A stretch of DNA of 64,000 nt from Ministeria vibrans ATCC 50519 (taxonomy: Eukaryota > Protista > Filasterea), in assembly GCA_943704425.1 (NCBI GenBank), contig CALSCP010001275.1, positions 18,766 to 82,765 on the forward strand, read 5' to 3'. How positions within the stretch are numbered: position 1 is the stretch's first letter; every line of letters starts with the position of its first letter. Under the pieces are notes generated by a model that saw only the letters and a program-made list of their open reading frames with translations, did not search any database and was not told where the DNA came from. The translations under genes were made by a program, and so were the position numbers. This document shows, one piece after another, positions 32,030 through 42,619 of the stretch.

Positions 32030-32551
32030 CAACAACGACGCGCTATGGAAGAACAGGGGCGATTGGAGCAGGAGCGACAACAGCAGCTACAGCAGCAGAT
32101 GCAGCAGATGCAGTTGCACCAACAGGAGCAGCAGCGTCGCATGCAGCAACAGCAACAGCAACATCAAACAGTGTCGCACAGTGCCATCACCGCCACCCAA
32201 CCGACACAGCCGCCCTCCTCAGTCCCAGTGTATCCTCCACCACACATTGCAGCCGCAGCTGCCGCACCGCGCACTGCCGTCTACACCATCCCCCCCTCAT
32301 CGTACTCAACGCCCACTCCCGCGACATACGCCGTCCCCGCACCCGTCGCGTACCCCCCACCCCACATTGTCGCGGCCACCGGGTCGACCCGCCCGATGTA
32401 CGGCACCACCAACGCCGTCTACGCAGCGTCACAAACTCAGCCACAGTCACAGCCGCATCCTTCACAGCCCATTCTGCCGTCCCAGGCTGCTACCACTCAG
32501 AGTGTCATGGACGACTGTGTGCCCAACATTCAGTGGCAGCCACTTGTATAA
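28204..32551 (+). CDS. ALIX/HD-PTP-like ESCRT adaptor (Bro1 domain, V domain, Gln/Glu/Arg-rich and Pro-rich tail)
   Basis: Exons 28204-28401, 28555-28680, 28751-32551. Bro1 motifs PLKKT, FYWSDAF, LAFEKAGVLFNLAA, AQAQQCYYEK, AAKDNSTIYNELVP, DIFQRLIP; V-domain LNEGVEFYCKL; PSAP at 30821-30832. Confidence 0.9.
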
Positions 32552-32900
32552 ACGTTACACAAACCATAAAAAGAAAGATGAAAAGGACAGAAGTTCTTCA
32601 TGGAAATCGTTATGTCAAGTTCAGGTACAGTGCACTCAAAGGACCTTCATCTGTTGCACAGTGCCAATACAGCGAGCACTCTGTCGCGTGTCGTGTTCCT
32701 CAATGGCCTTTCACTCCACATGAACGGTGCACTCACAGATCCCTTCACTTCCCTCTGTCTCTCTCGCTTGTCCTTTCTATGGTGCCTTTAGGCATTGTGT
32801 CGCCTCACAGTACACGCGCACTCGCCACCGTCTGCCACTGACTCACTCACGCTCTCGCTCCTTTCTTGTTATACAGATGTAATAATAGATACATGTACAC

Positions 32901-34292
32901 TTAGAGCGGCTCCGACATGAGAAGGAGCAACGCCCAAAGACGATCGGAACCAACTGAGACATTGGCCAAGTGCTCAATGAAATTCGCAATCATTAGCTCA
33001 CGGATTGTTCTGCTGGACAGCTCACTGTATATGCGAGAAAGACGGCCAATTCCGCGTTTGACATGCGCCTCCATTTGGGTGAGAGACGATTCGCTTTGGG
33101 ACTGATGGAACGAACGCATCTCAGTGAGTGATTCGCTGTGGAGTGGGGGCACTCTGAGACGGCCCGACGAGTACAGTGGAGCGTATCGTTTGTCAACGAT
33201 CCATTCACGCGTGAACGCATGTACGCTTTCATCTTCGTCAAAGACGGCTCGAATGAGCAAAGCAGCGTACACACGCGCAGCAAAAGACATTTGGAGGTGA
33301 GACCAGTCCTCCTCGAAGGGAATGGGCTGCTCATAGGCACTTTGTGCGAGGTTGTAGTCGTGAGAGTAGGTCCAGACGTTGACACTGACTGACGTGGACA
33401 GCGTTTCGACTTCGTGCAGCCAAAATGGAGGGAGCCATAACACATCGCCTGAAAGAGAACGAGATGAGAATAGTTGCACTAGCCAAGGGAAACAACCAAC
33501 TGCTCTTTCGTTGCACTACCTGCTTCGAGGTCGGCAATAAGAACGAGCGGATCTTCGTCGATCGACGTGCGGCTGTGGCAGTAGTGTGGGTGGAGTACAG
33601 GGTACAAGTCAAATTTTCCGTATGGAGGGATCAGTTTGAAGCGTTTTCGGCCGTGCAACTGAGAAGAGAGAATGTTGAGAAGGTTTGAGGACGGTTACAT
33701 TTTGTACCTGCACAAAGATGTTGTAGGTGTTGTCGTAGTGAGCTGCGGTCGTGATGCCCTTGCGACCCATCCAGAGGTTGACCTGCACGCCGTCGTTTCC
33801 AACCAAGAAGTCTGTGATGTTGATCTCGCGCGTCCAGAGAGCAGGGTTGGGCAGGCGGGCGAGGCTGCTGGTGAAGTAGAGCCAGTGGTGAGTGCTGAGG
33901 ATGCGCGCCGTTGGAACGACGGGCATGGCGTTGAAGGCGTCTCGAGAGGCGTCGGCGACGTACGGCTCGAGCGGTTTGTAGTCGTGCCAGGTTGTGAAGC
34001 GACAGTGAGCGTCGCTCAGCGCGCAGTGGCGCCCGTCGTACACTGGCACTGTCGCAAGCCGTCGGACCACTTCTTCGGGCGACCAGAGCGTGCGGGCGGG
34101 CCACCCGTCGATGGGGGCGTCTGTGAGAATCATAGGCAAGCTGACATTGGCGAGATGGTGCTTGCAGGAGGACCAGGCAACGCGCGTCACATTCACCGAC
34201 GCTCGCAGGGGCGGCGAGGGCCACTGCCGCACCAACGCAATGTTGATAGCTAAGGCGACAGTAAACACAATGCTAGAAGCGATCAGATTCAT
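32901..34292 (-). CDS. JmjC/cupin-8 2-oxoglutarate-Fe(II) oxygenase (HSPBAP1/JMJD-like) with N-terminal hydrophobic segment; 3 exons
   Basis: NLWMG..GITTAAHYDNTYNIFVQ|LHGRKRFKLIPP...DLEA|GDVLWLPPFWLHEVETLSTSVSVNVW gives an intact HxD...H triad. GT-AG introns at about 33707-33659 and 33519-33449. Confidence 0.88.
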
Positions 34293-34357
34293 AATAAAAA
34301 TAATATTATTATTGTGAAACTGTGAGATACGAAGTATTCATTCATTCTGATTTTGGA

Positions 34358-35239
34358 TTAGTGACGGAGAATCTTTGAGCGCTTAGCGACGATGCCGTCG
34401 CCCAGGGAAGCAAGAACACCAGCACGCTGCTCGGCGGCACACGAGCACTGATCGACACACTGCTGCACAGGAGAGCGACGGGCACACACCGCATAGCAGT
34501 AGTGAGAGCAGCGGGGCGCTCCCGTGTGGGCGGTGACGGTGTGGGAGTTGATGGGGCGGTGTGTGTGGGCGGAAGAGCTGACCATCCAGAGTTCATCGAT
34601 GCTGACGGCCTTTTCAGAGGTCGAGCCATCCGAGTGGGTGGACTTGACATGTTCGTACTGGATCCAGTGCAGATGAGACGCATTGACAGCCTGCAAGTGT
34701 CCAAAGCCGTAGCTGGCGGAGCGCACAAGCGACCAAGGGGCATTGTGGATGTCCGAGTAGTAGTCCAGATCTTCGGGACAGCCAGCGGCGCCCGTGACGA
34801 TGTTCACTGTGTGTGCACTGTCATGGTACACATGCGCATCCGCCTGGGCCTGTGCCGTGTTGTTGAACACAGGAAGACTACAAAATTTAAGTTTAAGACA
34901 GTTGTCATTTTTTTTGAAAAGAGGTATGGGTGGCGGTGCGTGTACGTACGTGCGCTCATAGGAGTGCTCATGGGCGGTCAAGTACAGGTCCACGTGGTAC
35001 TTTTCAAAGAGGTCGTCGATGGGATAGGCAGTGCCGTTGATGGGGAATCCGTTGCGCATCTTCTGCGCGTCCGTTGTGCAGTCAGGCAGGTCGTCGACGT
35101 TGGAGCAGTAGATGGGTCGATGTGCCATGGCAATGACCCAGGGTGTGCGTGTGCGGTCCACCTGAGGAAGAGAAGAGTGTGAGTGGCACTGAGACTACAG
35201 TTGCGCGATAAAACAAACACCAAGCAAAGAGACACACAC

Positions 35240-35288
<49 letters not shown>

Positions 35289-36379
35289 AGACATACGATA
35301 GAAAGACAAACACACACAGAGTTAAACAACCAGACAGAGAGTGCAGTTACTTTGCTCAAATCGTCCTCCAGCCACTTGTACTGCGCCACAAGAACATCGT
35401 TGAGGTATGCGTTGTAGTACACTTCCGATGAGAAACCCACAATGTGCGCCAGTCCCACATTCACTGAGTAGTACCAATTGTTGCCGCTGTTTGCCTGCAT
35501 TGCATTGTTCGAAAACCTACACAGAAGTGGTGTTATGAGCACAGCATGGGTTCTGGTGTGTGTAATACCGTTCGGTGTAGTGTGAAAAGTTGTAGGCACT
35601 CTCGTGGTTACCCAAAACTGTCACGTACGGTCGCGCAGCCGCAATCGGCTCAATCATTTCCATAAAGGAGTCGCCCACTCGGCCTACATACATGCGTGAC
35701 ATTCAGTGGACCAGCGAGCTCGAATGAATCGTCGAATACAGCCGGCGTACCTTGATCGTCATTCATGTTGTACGCAAAGTCGCCAACGTGCAACACAGCG
35801 TCAAAGGCCCCCGCTGCAGACTGGGACTGCAGCATGTCGAGTGTACGGAAGTTTTTCACACCTGCATCGCCAAAGACGGCGAATTGGATCGGCTGGTCCT
35901 TCTGCTCACATAAGACGAGGTTAGCAAGAACGACCGAGAGAACAGAAGAAAGCGTACGGCGAACGTCGTGAAGTTAAACACAGCGGAGTAGCCGCCGGAA
36001 GGAGATCCGCATCGGTAGTAGTAGACGGTGGATTCGCGCAGGGCGTCGAGAAGGGCGTTGTGGATGTAGATTGTGCGGTGGTCTGAGCCACCGTCAACAA
36101 ACGTGATGTTCTCAGCGGTTACAGCGCTGGAGAGCGCCGAAGCGCTCAGACCGTACTGAACCACCGACGAACTTGTGGCAGTTGGGGTCACCCAGCTGAC
36201 GGTGCGTTGCGTGACGTCGCTGCAAGAGAGAGTTTGACGTTTGTTGACGATTTTTTTGTATAATAGTATTTCTTCGCTCACCTTGTGAGGCCAATGTGGA
36301 CTTGCTCAGGGCCCGACGTGACAGGAGCACCCAGTACACTTGACAAAAGAACAACAGCGGCGATCAGAAGTCGAAGCAT
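34358..36379 (-). CDS. ACP7: Secreted purple acid phosphatase, ACP7-like; multi-exon
   Basis: Signal peptide MLRLLIAAVVLLSSVLG; PEQVHI; FN3-like VSWVT...YYYRCGS; metal motifs FGDAG, GDFAY, GNHE, AHRPIY, AHEHSYER; TGAAGC; YGFGHL. Confidence 0.9.
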
Positions 36380-36586
36380 TGCAAAAACTCTGAACATTGG
36401 TCATTGGTCATTGAGTAATGAGTTCTTACTCATTTACTCAAGCAATGAAATTCTTTAATTGATCGCCAGTCGACACTCAAAGAATATGAAAGTGAGTAAT
36501 AAAGCGATCGCATTATTGTCACTCTCTGCTGTCTGTCTCAGTGATGATAAAATGAAGTCAGAAGTACAATATTAGAATTATACATC

Positions 36587-37885
36587 TCAGTCTCTCGGGC
36601 ATAGCCGAAGTCGTGCTCCAACAAGACGCTGTTGAACGCGAATGGCAGGCGAGGTTACAGCGACACTTGCATTCCAGGGGACTCGAGTCAGCTGTTTCTG
36701 CCCCACTTTCGGTTTCGGTGGCGCACTAAGGGTTTTCCGCCTTGTTCGTTCTCCATACACGTAGCCTCGCTGTTGACAGCGTACTGTAAGCAGACGCCAG
36801 CGCAACCAGATCACCTTCAAGAGTGATTGGTGTCGAAATGCATCCGCGCGCGCCCGGTGCGCCTGTACATGGGAGAGCTCTGCAAGTAGGGCGCCCGTGC
36901 GTGCCCGACACTGCGCCTCACGCAGAGCTCGCTGGGCAGTCGCGCGATGCTGCCACAGTAAAAACAGGGAGCGCAGTGGGTCATGATGAGTACGGAAACA
37001 CAAACGACGCGTCACCCAGTCGTCATGGAACGTCTCGGCGCGCCGACAGAGGGAGAGGGAGCGACGCCACGCTGCAAATGAGGCGTACAGGACGACGCGA
37101 CGCGTTGGCTCGTCTCCCACGCTGTCTAGCAAGACCGCCGCGCGTGCCTTGTCTTGATAGCACGTAAACCATTGGTGCCAGACACGACGAAGAAAAAAAA
37201 GACGTGCAAGACGTGCGAGGCGGCGTTTGCGTCGTCGTTGCTGAACATGGAGCGAGAGCGCCGTGAACGCGAGGCGCACAAGACGCTGACGCCCCATTGT
37301 TGCCGCCTTCACTGCGAGCAGTCGCCTGTCGCGCATCTGCAACAAGGCTTGTTGCCACCGTCGCAGACACTGTGATTTGAGGTGTCGGTCGTGCTTGAGA
37401 CGCGCAAGCTTTGCCTGGCGGCTCAACAGACAACGGTGTCTCCACTGCGTAAATCGCCTGTGCAAGAGCGCCACGCCGTCAGTGGCGGGTGTGCTTGCAC
37501 TGGCAGGCCCCATACACGACGCCCAAGTGGTCCAATACAACGCGCAGAACCCACCGTTGCTGGAAGGCGCGAAGGGCGGTTGCGAGGTGTTTCCGCTGGA
37601 CGCACACTTGGCGCCAAGTCTGAAAACATCGCTGTGCCTTCTGAACTTGCTGCTGACGTGCACGAGCGCGCTGTTTCCACGCATTCCAGGCGTGCTCAAT
37701 CAGTTGAAAGTGGCGCGTTACGTCAGCAAGGTCGCGTCCCTACAGAGAGACAGACAGACAGACAGATAGAAATTGAGAGAGAGAGAGAGAGAAAGATTGG
37801 CATTGATTGAATGTAAGGGACTACTCCGCACCTCAGGGTAGGCTGCCGTGTCGATTGCATCAAGTAGAGCTTTTCGGAGGGGCAT
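36587..37885 (-). CDS. Sfi1-repeat (centrin-binding type) basic helical protein
   Basis: Recurring (F/W/L)xxW helical repeats: LIEHAWNAW, RCFQTW, RRFTQW, LKSQCLRRW, FLRRVWHQW, LYASFAAW, LRSLFLLW, ADAFRHQSLLKVIWLRW. Start codon and the first two introns are inferred. Confidence 0.65.
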
Positions 37886-38600
37886 GCGATAGAAGAGAAT
37901 CGACTGTTTCAGTCAGACATTGGTTCTTTCCAGTCATAGTGACAGAGTCAGGCGATTTATATTCAACCGCAGTCGATCGAAGGAACTTGACACGAACTTG
38001 ACGCTCCCCTCTCCGCCTCTGTCGACTATGTGGTCCGCCAATGCCTAGCACCCTCACACGCGACGTAGCGCATCGGGTGTAAAGCGCGTCAATCACTGGT
38101 CTGCGCGTGTGCTTCTTCGGTGTGAGTGCAGAATCGTTGAGTTGATTGAGTTCAACAACGCAACGGCAGAAAAAGGAAGAAAAAGCGAAAAAAAAAGGTC
38201 TTTTGGTTGCGACCTGTGGGCAAGGGCCACGTTCCCTACCGAGCGCCAATTGGTGCCCTGTGTAACAGCCTTCGCGTCGCGCTGAACAAGTGCTCTCCAG
38301 GCTTCAGTGCGTCGACTCCCTTATTTTTATTGCTAGCGTTTTTTTCACCACGTTGGGGTGTTGGGTTAGGGTGAACGAAAAACAGTTACAGTCTGCGCCA
38401 TCGTTTGCGCATTGCTTTGAGATCGATACATATTGGTCAGAATACTGAGAATAGTGGTGTTCCAGCCATCGTTTGGCGCGTGGTGTGTTTTGGTTGCGAA
38501 TCGGACCCAGTCAAAACCGCATCGGACTGGAATTTGCCATTTCTGGTTGAGTACACAAACTCAAAGTGTCTCAAAACATTTCTTGCCCACACCGTTGACC

Positions 38601-40214
38601 ATGCTGGCTGCATGTACATGTGGCACGTGCAAAGAGGGTGCCCTGTCGCCACGCATGATGCTGCGGTTGGAGCAAGTTGCCCGATACGCTGCCGATCAGA
38701 TTCTGCTCACGATGCCCCAGTTTCAGAGGCGCGTTGGGCTCGATCTGAGTTCCGTAGACACGCCTTTCCTTATGTCGTTTGTCCCCAGCGCCCAGCGCCT
38801 CACCGTGTTCAAGTCGTTCGCGTGCGGTTGGCACCAGCTTCTTGTGTTGACGGCTGAGCTGCTGCGCGATGGGGCCATCCCGTTTGCGCGCGACATCGAC
38901 GCCGCCATGCTCACCCACAAGATATGCAACCGCCTGTACTCCCAGCACTTCCTGCGCGCCGGCGGCCAGGCCAAGCACGCCCTTGACGGAGTCTTGCATC
39001 TCGCGGCGCGAAACTCTGTCCCTGTCAAAGACCGAGAAGAAAACGCCCAGCTCCCCATCTGCGCCCGCGACACCGACTACGTTAACACCTTCCACCACCT
39101 TGTGCGGGACGCGGACGCCTCTCGCGGACCCTATTTTGCGACCGTCTCAAAAGGACGCCCGAAACTCCCGACGGAACCCGCGTCGTTAGCAGCACCGCGA
39201 GACCGCCCAGACCCACCAAGGGCCCCCTCATTGCCAATGCCCCCAACCCCCACTGCTGCGGATCCCCAACAAAACGACATGTGCCCCTTCTCGAATTTTT
39301 CTGGTAAAGAAAAACAACGTGAATTTTCCAAACGACGAGAACAGCGCAAGCAGCAGCCGCAACAAGAGCAGCACCAGCGGCATCAACATGAACAGAAACA
39401 ACAACCACGGCGGCGGCAGCAGAAACAGCCACAGCAACAGCAACAAAAGCAAGATCAACAACAACGACAACAACAACAACAACATCAACAACGACAACAG
39501 CAGGAACAACAGCAACAGCAACAGCAAGAACTTCAACAACAGCAACAGCGACACCTCCAACAACTGGCGCAACCCGCTCCGACAGCAGCGGCAGCAGCAG
39601 CAGCAGCAACAACACTGCCACAGTATGCATCATACCCTGTGCACCAATTGCATCCACTCCCACACGCCCAACAACAGCAGCAGCACCACCAACTTCAGTA
39701 CCCCACCCCATACCCTCCGTGTCTTGCCCAACACGGCCGTAGCAGTTCCGACCCGCGCACCCTCCGTCTTCTTCACGCGCGCATGGAGCAACTGCACACC
39801 CAGCAGATGCACCAGCGCCAAGCAGCGCTTTGCCAGAATCGCGGTCTTGCCTACACCTCGACACCCGTCCCCTACACCGTGCCCGTCTGCCCCGCCAACT
39901 ATCACTATCCTCACACCTACTACACCGCAGCACCCAGCGCCAGCATGAGCAGCAGCAGCAGCAGCATCTGCGACGGCAGTTCCGGCATCTTCTCCGACAC
40001 GTCCACTCAAGTCGGCCGTGTCCCCTTTGCCGCCAGCGTCGCCTCCGCGTCAACCGCCTACCAGCCCTCCGTCGCACCCGCTGCCCCCGCCCTGCCCTTG
40101 TCCACTCCGCCCCCCACGATCACTGCACCTGCTTCGCCCCCCCGGCCGTCTCTCTTCCGCTCCGTCTCAGCCCACGATGTTGTGCCTTGGTCTGGCGCTG
40201 CCCATTTCCCGTGA
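38601..40214 (+). CDS. Uncharacterised protein: N-terminal CTCGxCxxGxLSPRM domain, then poly-Gln and Pro/Ser-rich low-complexity tail
   Basis: Within the 593-aa ORF. Globular-looking first 150 aa or so (CTCGTCKEGALSPRM...FKSFACGW...HFLRAGG), then a CAG/CAA tract at about 39340-39560. Start uncertain. Confidence 0.75.
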   Translation: MLAACTCGTCKEGALSPRMMLRLEQVARYAADQILLTMPQFQRRVGLDLSSVDTPFLMSFVPSAQRLTVFKSFACGWHQLLVLTAELLRDGAIPFARDIDAAMLTHKICNRLYSQHFLRAGGQAKHALDGVLHLAARNSVPVKDREENAQLPICARDTDYVNTFHHLVRDADASRGPYFATVSKGRPKLPTEPASLAAPRDRPDPPRAPSLPMPPTPTAADPQQNDMCPFSNFSGKEKQREFSKRREQRKQQPQQEQHQRHQHEQKQQPRRRQQKQPQQQQQKQDQQQRQQQQQHQQRQQQEQQQQQQQELQQQQQRHLQQLAQPAPTAAAAAAAATTLPQYASYPVHQLHPLPHAQQQQQHHQLQYPTPYPPCLAQHGRSSSDPRTLRLLHARMEQLHTQQMHQRQAALCQNRGLAYTSTPVPYTVPVCPANYHYPHTYYTAAPSASMSSSSSSICDGSSGIFSDTSTQVGRVPFAASVASASTAYQPSVAPAAPALPLSTPPPTITAPASPPRPSLFRSVSAHDVVPWSGAAHFP

Positions 40215-40613
40215 CATATATTCATCACACACATTTTTCTCAATGCACACCATATCAATAACCAAATAGCTATTATAGCTTACGCATAACTCTAAACTCA
40301 CCTAAGGTCTTAGAAGTTAGAATGACTTTCTGCCTTTGTTCTTTTTCATTTCTTTCAATATCAATCATAAATGAATGATTGGAGTGCCAAGTTCAAAAAT
40401 CAAAACTAATAATCAAGTCTACAATATTTTTTTGCCGTTGCCCGGGCCAACGTCAAACCTAGTCCGTCTCACGCGACACTTGACCTCCGCAACAAACCGG
40501 GATTCTTTTCTTCTACATTTGGCGACCAGGCGTACCCACGCAGACACACCCGAGGGTCTACAACAAGTCGTATAGTTTTTCGTTCGCTTTTCGTACCAAC
40601 AGCGTTTGAAACA

Positions 40614-41237
40614 ATGAGCGACTCTTCGGGCGAAATTCCAACTGCTGCCATTGTGGCGATTGCTGTTGGTGCTTGGGCGGTGCTTTTGTTTGGAGTGTGG
40701 CTCGTGCGACGGTGCATGCGCGACCGAGGGAGGACGTGCCTGCCAGAGGGCACTCAGTGTCAGAAGGAGACGTGTTGTCCCTGCTGTCGACGCTGCTTCC
40801 AACTCACCTTCGACGACGTGGCCATGAAGTGCGAACAGTTCCACTGCAAATGTCCCACCCCACGCGACTGCCTTCCGAGAAAGTGCGCCTGTCCCAACCC
40901 ATTGGAACTCTGTGCCAGATGTCGCTGTCCCGACGCCGACTGCTTCACTTCATGCTTTGACAAGTGCAAGTGCACACTCCCCGGCTGTCCTTCCTGCGAG
41001 TGTCCCAAGTGCCCCACTTTCTCATGTCCCTCGTGCAAGTGCCCCTCCATCAAGTGTCCCACCTGCAAGTGCCCGGCCTGCACCTGTCCAACTTGTCCTG
41101 CCTGCTCACTTCCCGAATGCGATATCCAGTGTCAGCTGCCCGACCTCACTCTCTGTCTCCAGTGTTTGCTTTGCGTGCGTGTCGAACGCGCCCCTGCCGG
41201 TGCTGGTGATGCAAGAGGTGCTGTCGAAGAGGTGTAA
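40614..41237 (+). CDS. Single-pass membrane protein with Cys-rich (40 of 207 aa) metallothionein-like tail
   Basis: Hydrophobic AAIVAIAVGAWAVLLFGVWLV followed by RR, then CxC and CPxC repeats. Intronless ORF with AT-rich flanks. Confidence 0.8.
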   Translation: MSDSSGEIPTAAIVAIAVGAWAVLLFGVWLVRRCMRDRGRTCLPEGTQCQKETCCPCCRRCFQLTFDDVAMKCEQFHCKCPTPRDCLPRKCACPNPLELCARCRCPDADCFTSCFDKCKCTLPGCPSCECPKCPTFSCPSCKCPSIKCPTCKCPACTCPTCPACSLPECDIQCQLPDLTLCLQCLLCVRVERAPAGAGDARGAVEEV

Positions 41238-41333
41238 AGCTGTGGTCTTTGTGTATCAAGTTTATTTTTGTAGATGAATGTAATAATGATGGTGTTGTAA
41301 GACGAAAGTTTAAAAGAATTAGTGAATTATTCA

Positions 41334-41912
41334 TCACTTTAATAAAGGTCTCTTGGCTTCGTTGTACAGCACAACATGGCCGTCATCGTCATCATCATCC
41401 GAGTCACTGTGTCCATCCTCCACGCGCGCTCCACTGTCGCGTCCCTTTTCATCATCACCGCGTGCCCCGTCGTCTTCGTCTGAATCTTCCAACAACCCTC
41501 CACTGCTCTTGAGTACACTCAACTCAATGGTTTGCGACTGATGACTCGTCTCCCTCTCCCCTGCCCTCGTCTTCTTCTTCTCCTTCTTTTGCAGCGCCCT
41601 CTTCTGTCGATTCTTCTCCGCCAGTGTCCCATAAGCACGTGTTGCCTTCGCCGCATTCAACTCGGGATTGGTCACAAGTACATCCGACGGCCCAGGAGTA
41701 TCACTCTCACTCCCACTCTCACTGCCTCCACTCTCCTTGCCCTTCCCCCTCACTCGAGTACCACCTTTCCCTCCTTTACTCTTCCCGCTTCGTGTTGTGC
41801 TCACTTGTTCCAACGAGTCTTCGCTCTGTGATCCTTTCACATCCGCTTCCAATTGTGCGTACTTTCGGCGGTTCTCATCCTGCCAAACAGATTAGTATAT
41901 TAATTGAGATAC

Positions 41913-41950
<38 letters not shown>

Positions 41951-42578
41951 TTACCTCTGAGAGAGTTGAGACTTCGAACCATTTGCGCAAGAAGAAAATG
42001 GAAATGGGGCCAATGAAACTGACACCACCTACAAAAAACAATTGAAAGACGATTAATGTAAAAAAAAAGTATTTTGTCTGCGTACCGATGGCGAGCCAAA
42101 TAAAAGCGGGTTGAGGGCAGTTATTGCAAGTGCTATTGGATAAAGAAATAAAAAGAGAGAGGAGGGATAGGTGATGTGTGTGTGTGTGTTAGAATATAGG
42201 AGAGAACTGAAGTGAGGGGTTACTCTGAAGGGGACGCTGATGATGATGCTGTTGAGTTCGTAGTAGCTAGGGTCGCGGGACAGTGACCGGGACAGAAAGA
42301 AGCAAGAAGAATACCCGCAAAGGGACCCACAAAGAACTTTGCAAGGAACATGGGGGTGGAGGCCAGGGCGGCAAAGACACCCTCATCGCCAGACGGGGAC
42401 AGGGCCATTACGTAGTCGTACAAGCGCGGGGAGTAAATGGCCTCGCCGACCGACAGGATCACAATGAACGCAATGGTGGCTAACGAGGAGAGTGGCAGTC
42501 AGCAAGTGAGCGACAGTCAGTGAGAGAGAGAGAATGGGTGAGAGAAAAATATAGTGCACGTGTGTGTGTGTGTGTGTG

Positions 42579-42619
<41 letters not shown>

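Noticed and set aside
30350-32142. Poly-Leu, poly-Cys and poly-Ala minus-strand ORFs
   Set aside because: Antisense translations of the CAG/CAA tracts of the Bro1 gene; the same applies at 39082-40077.
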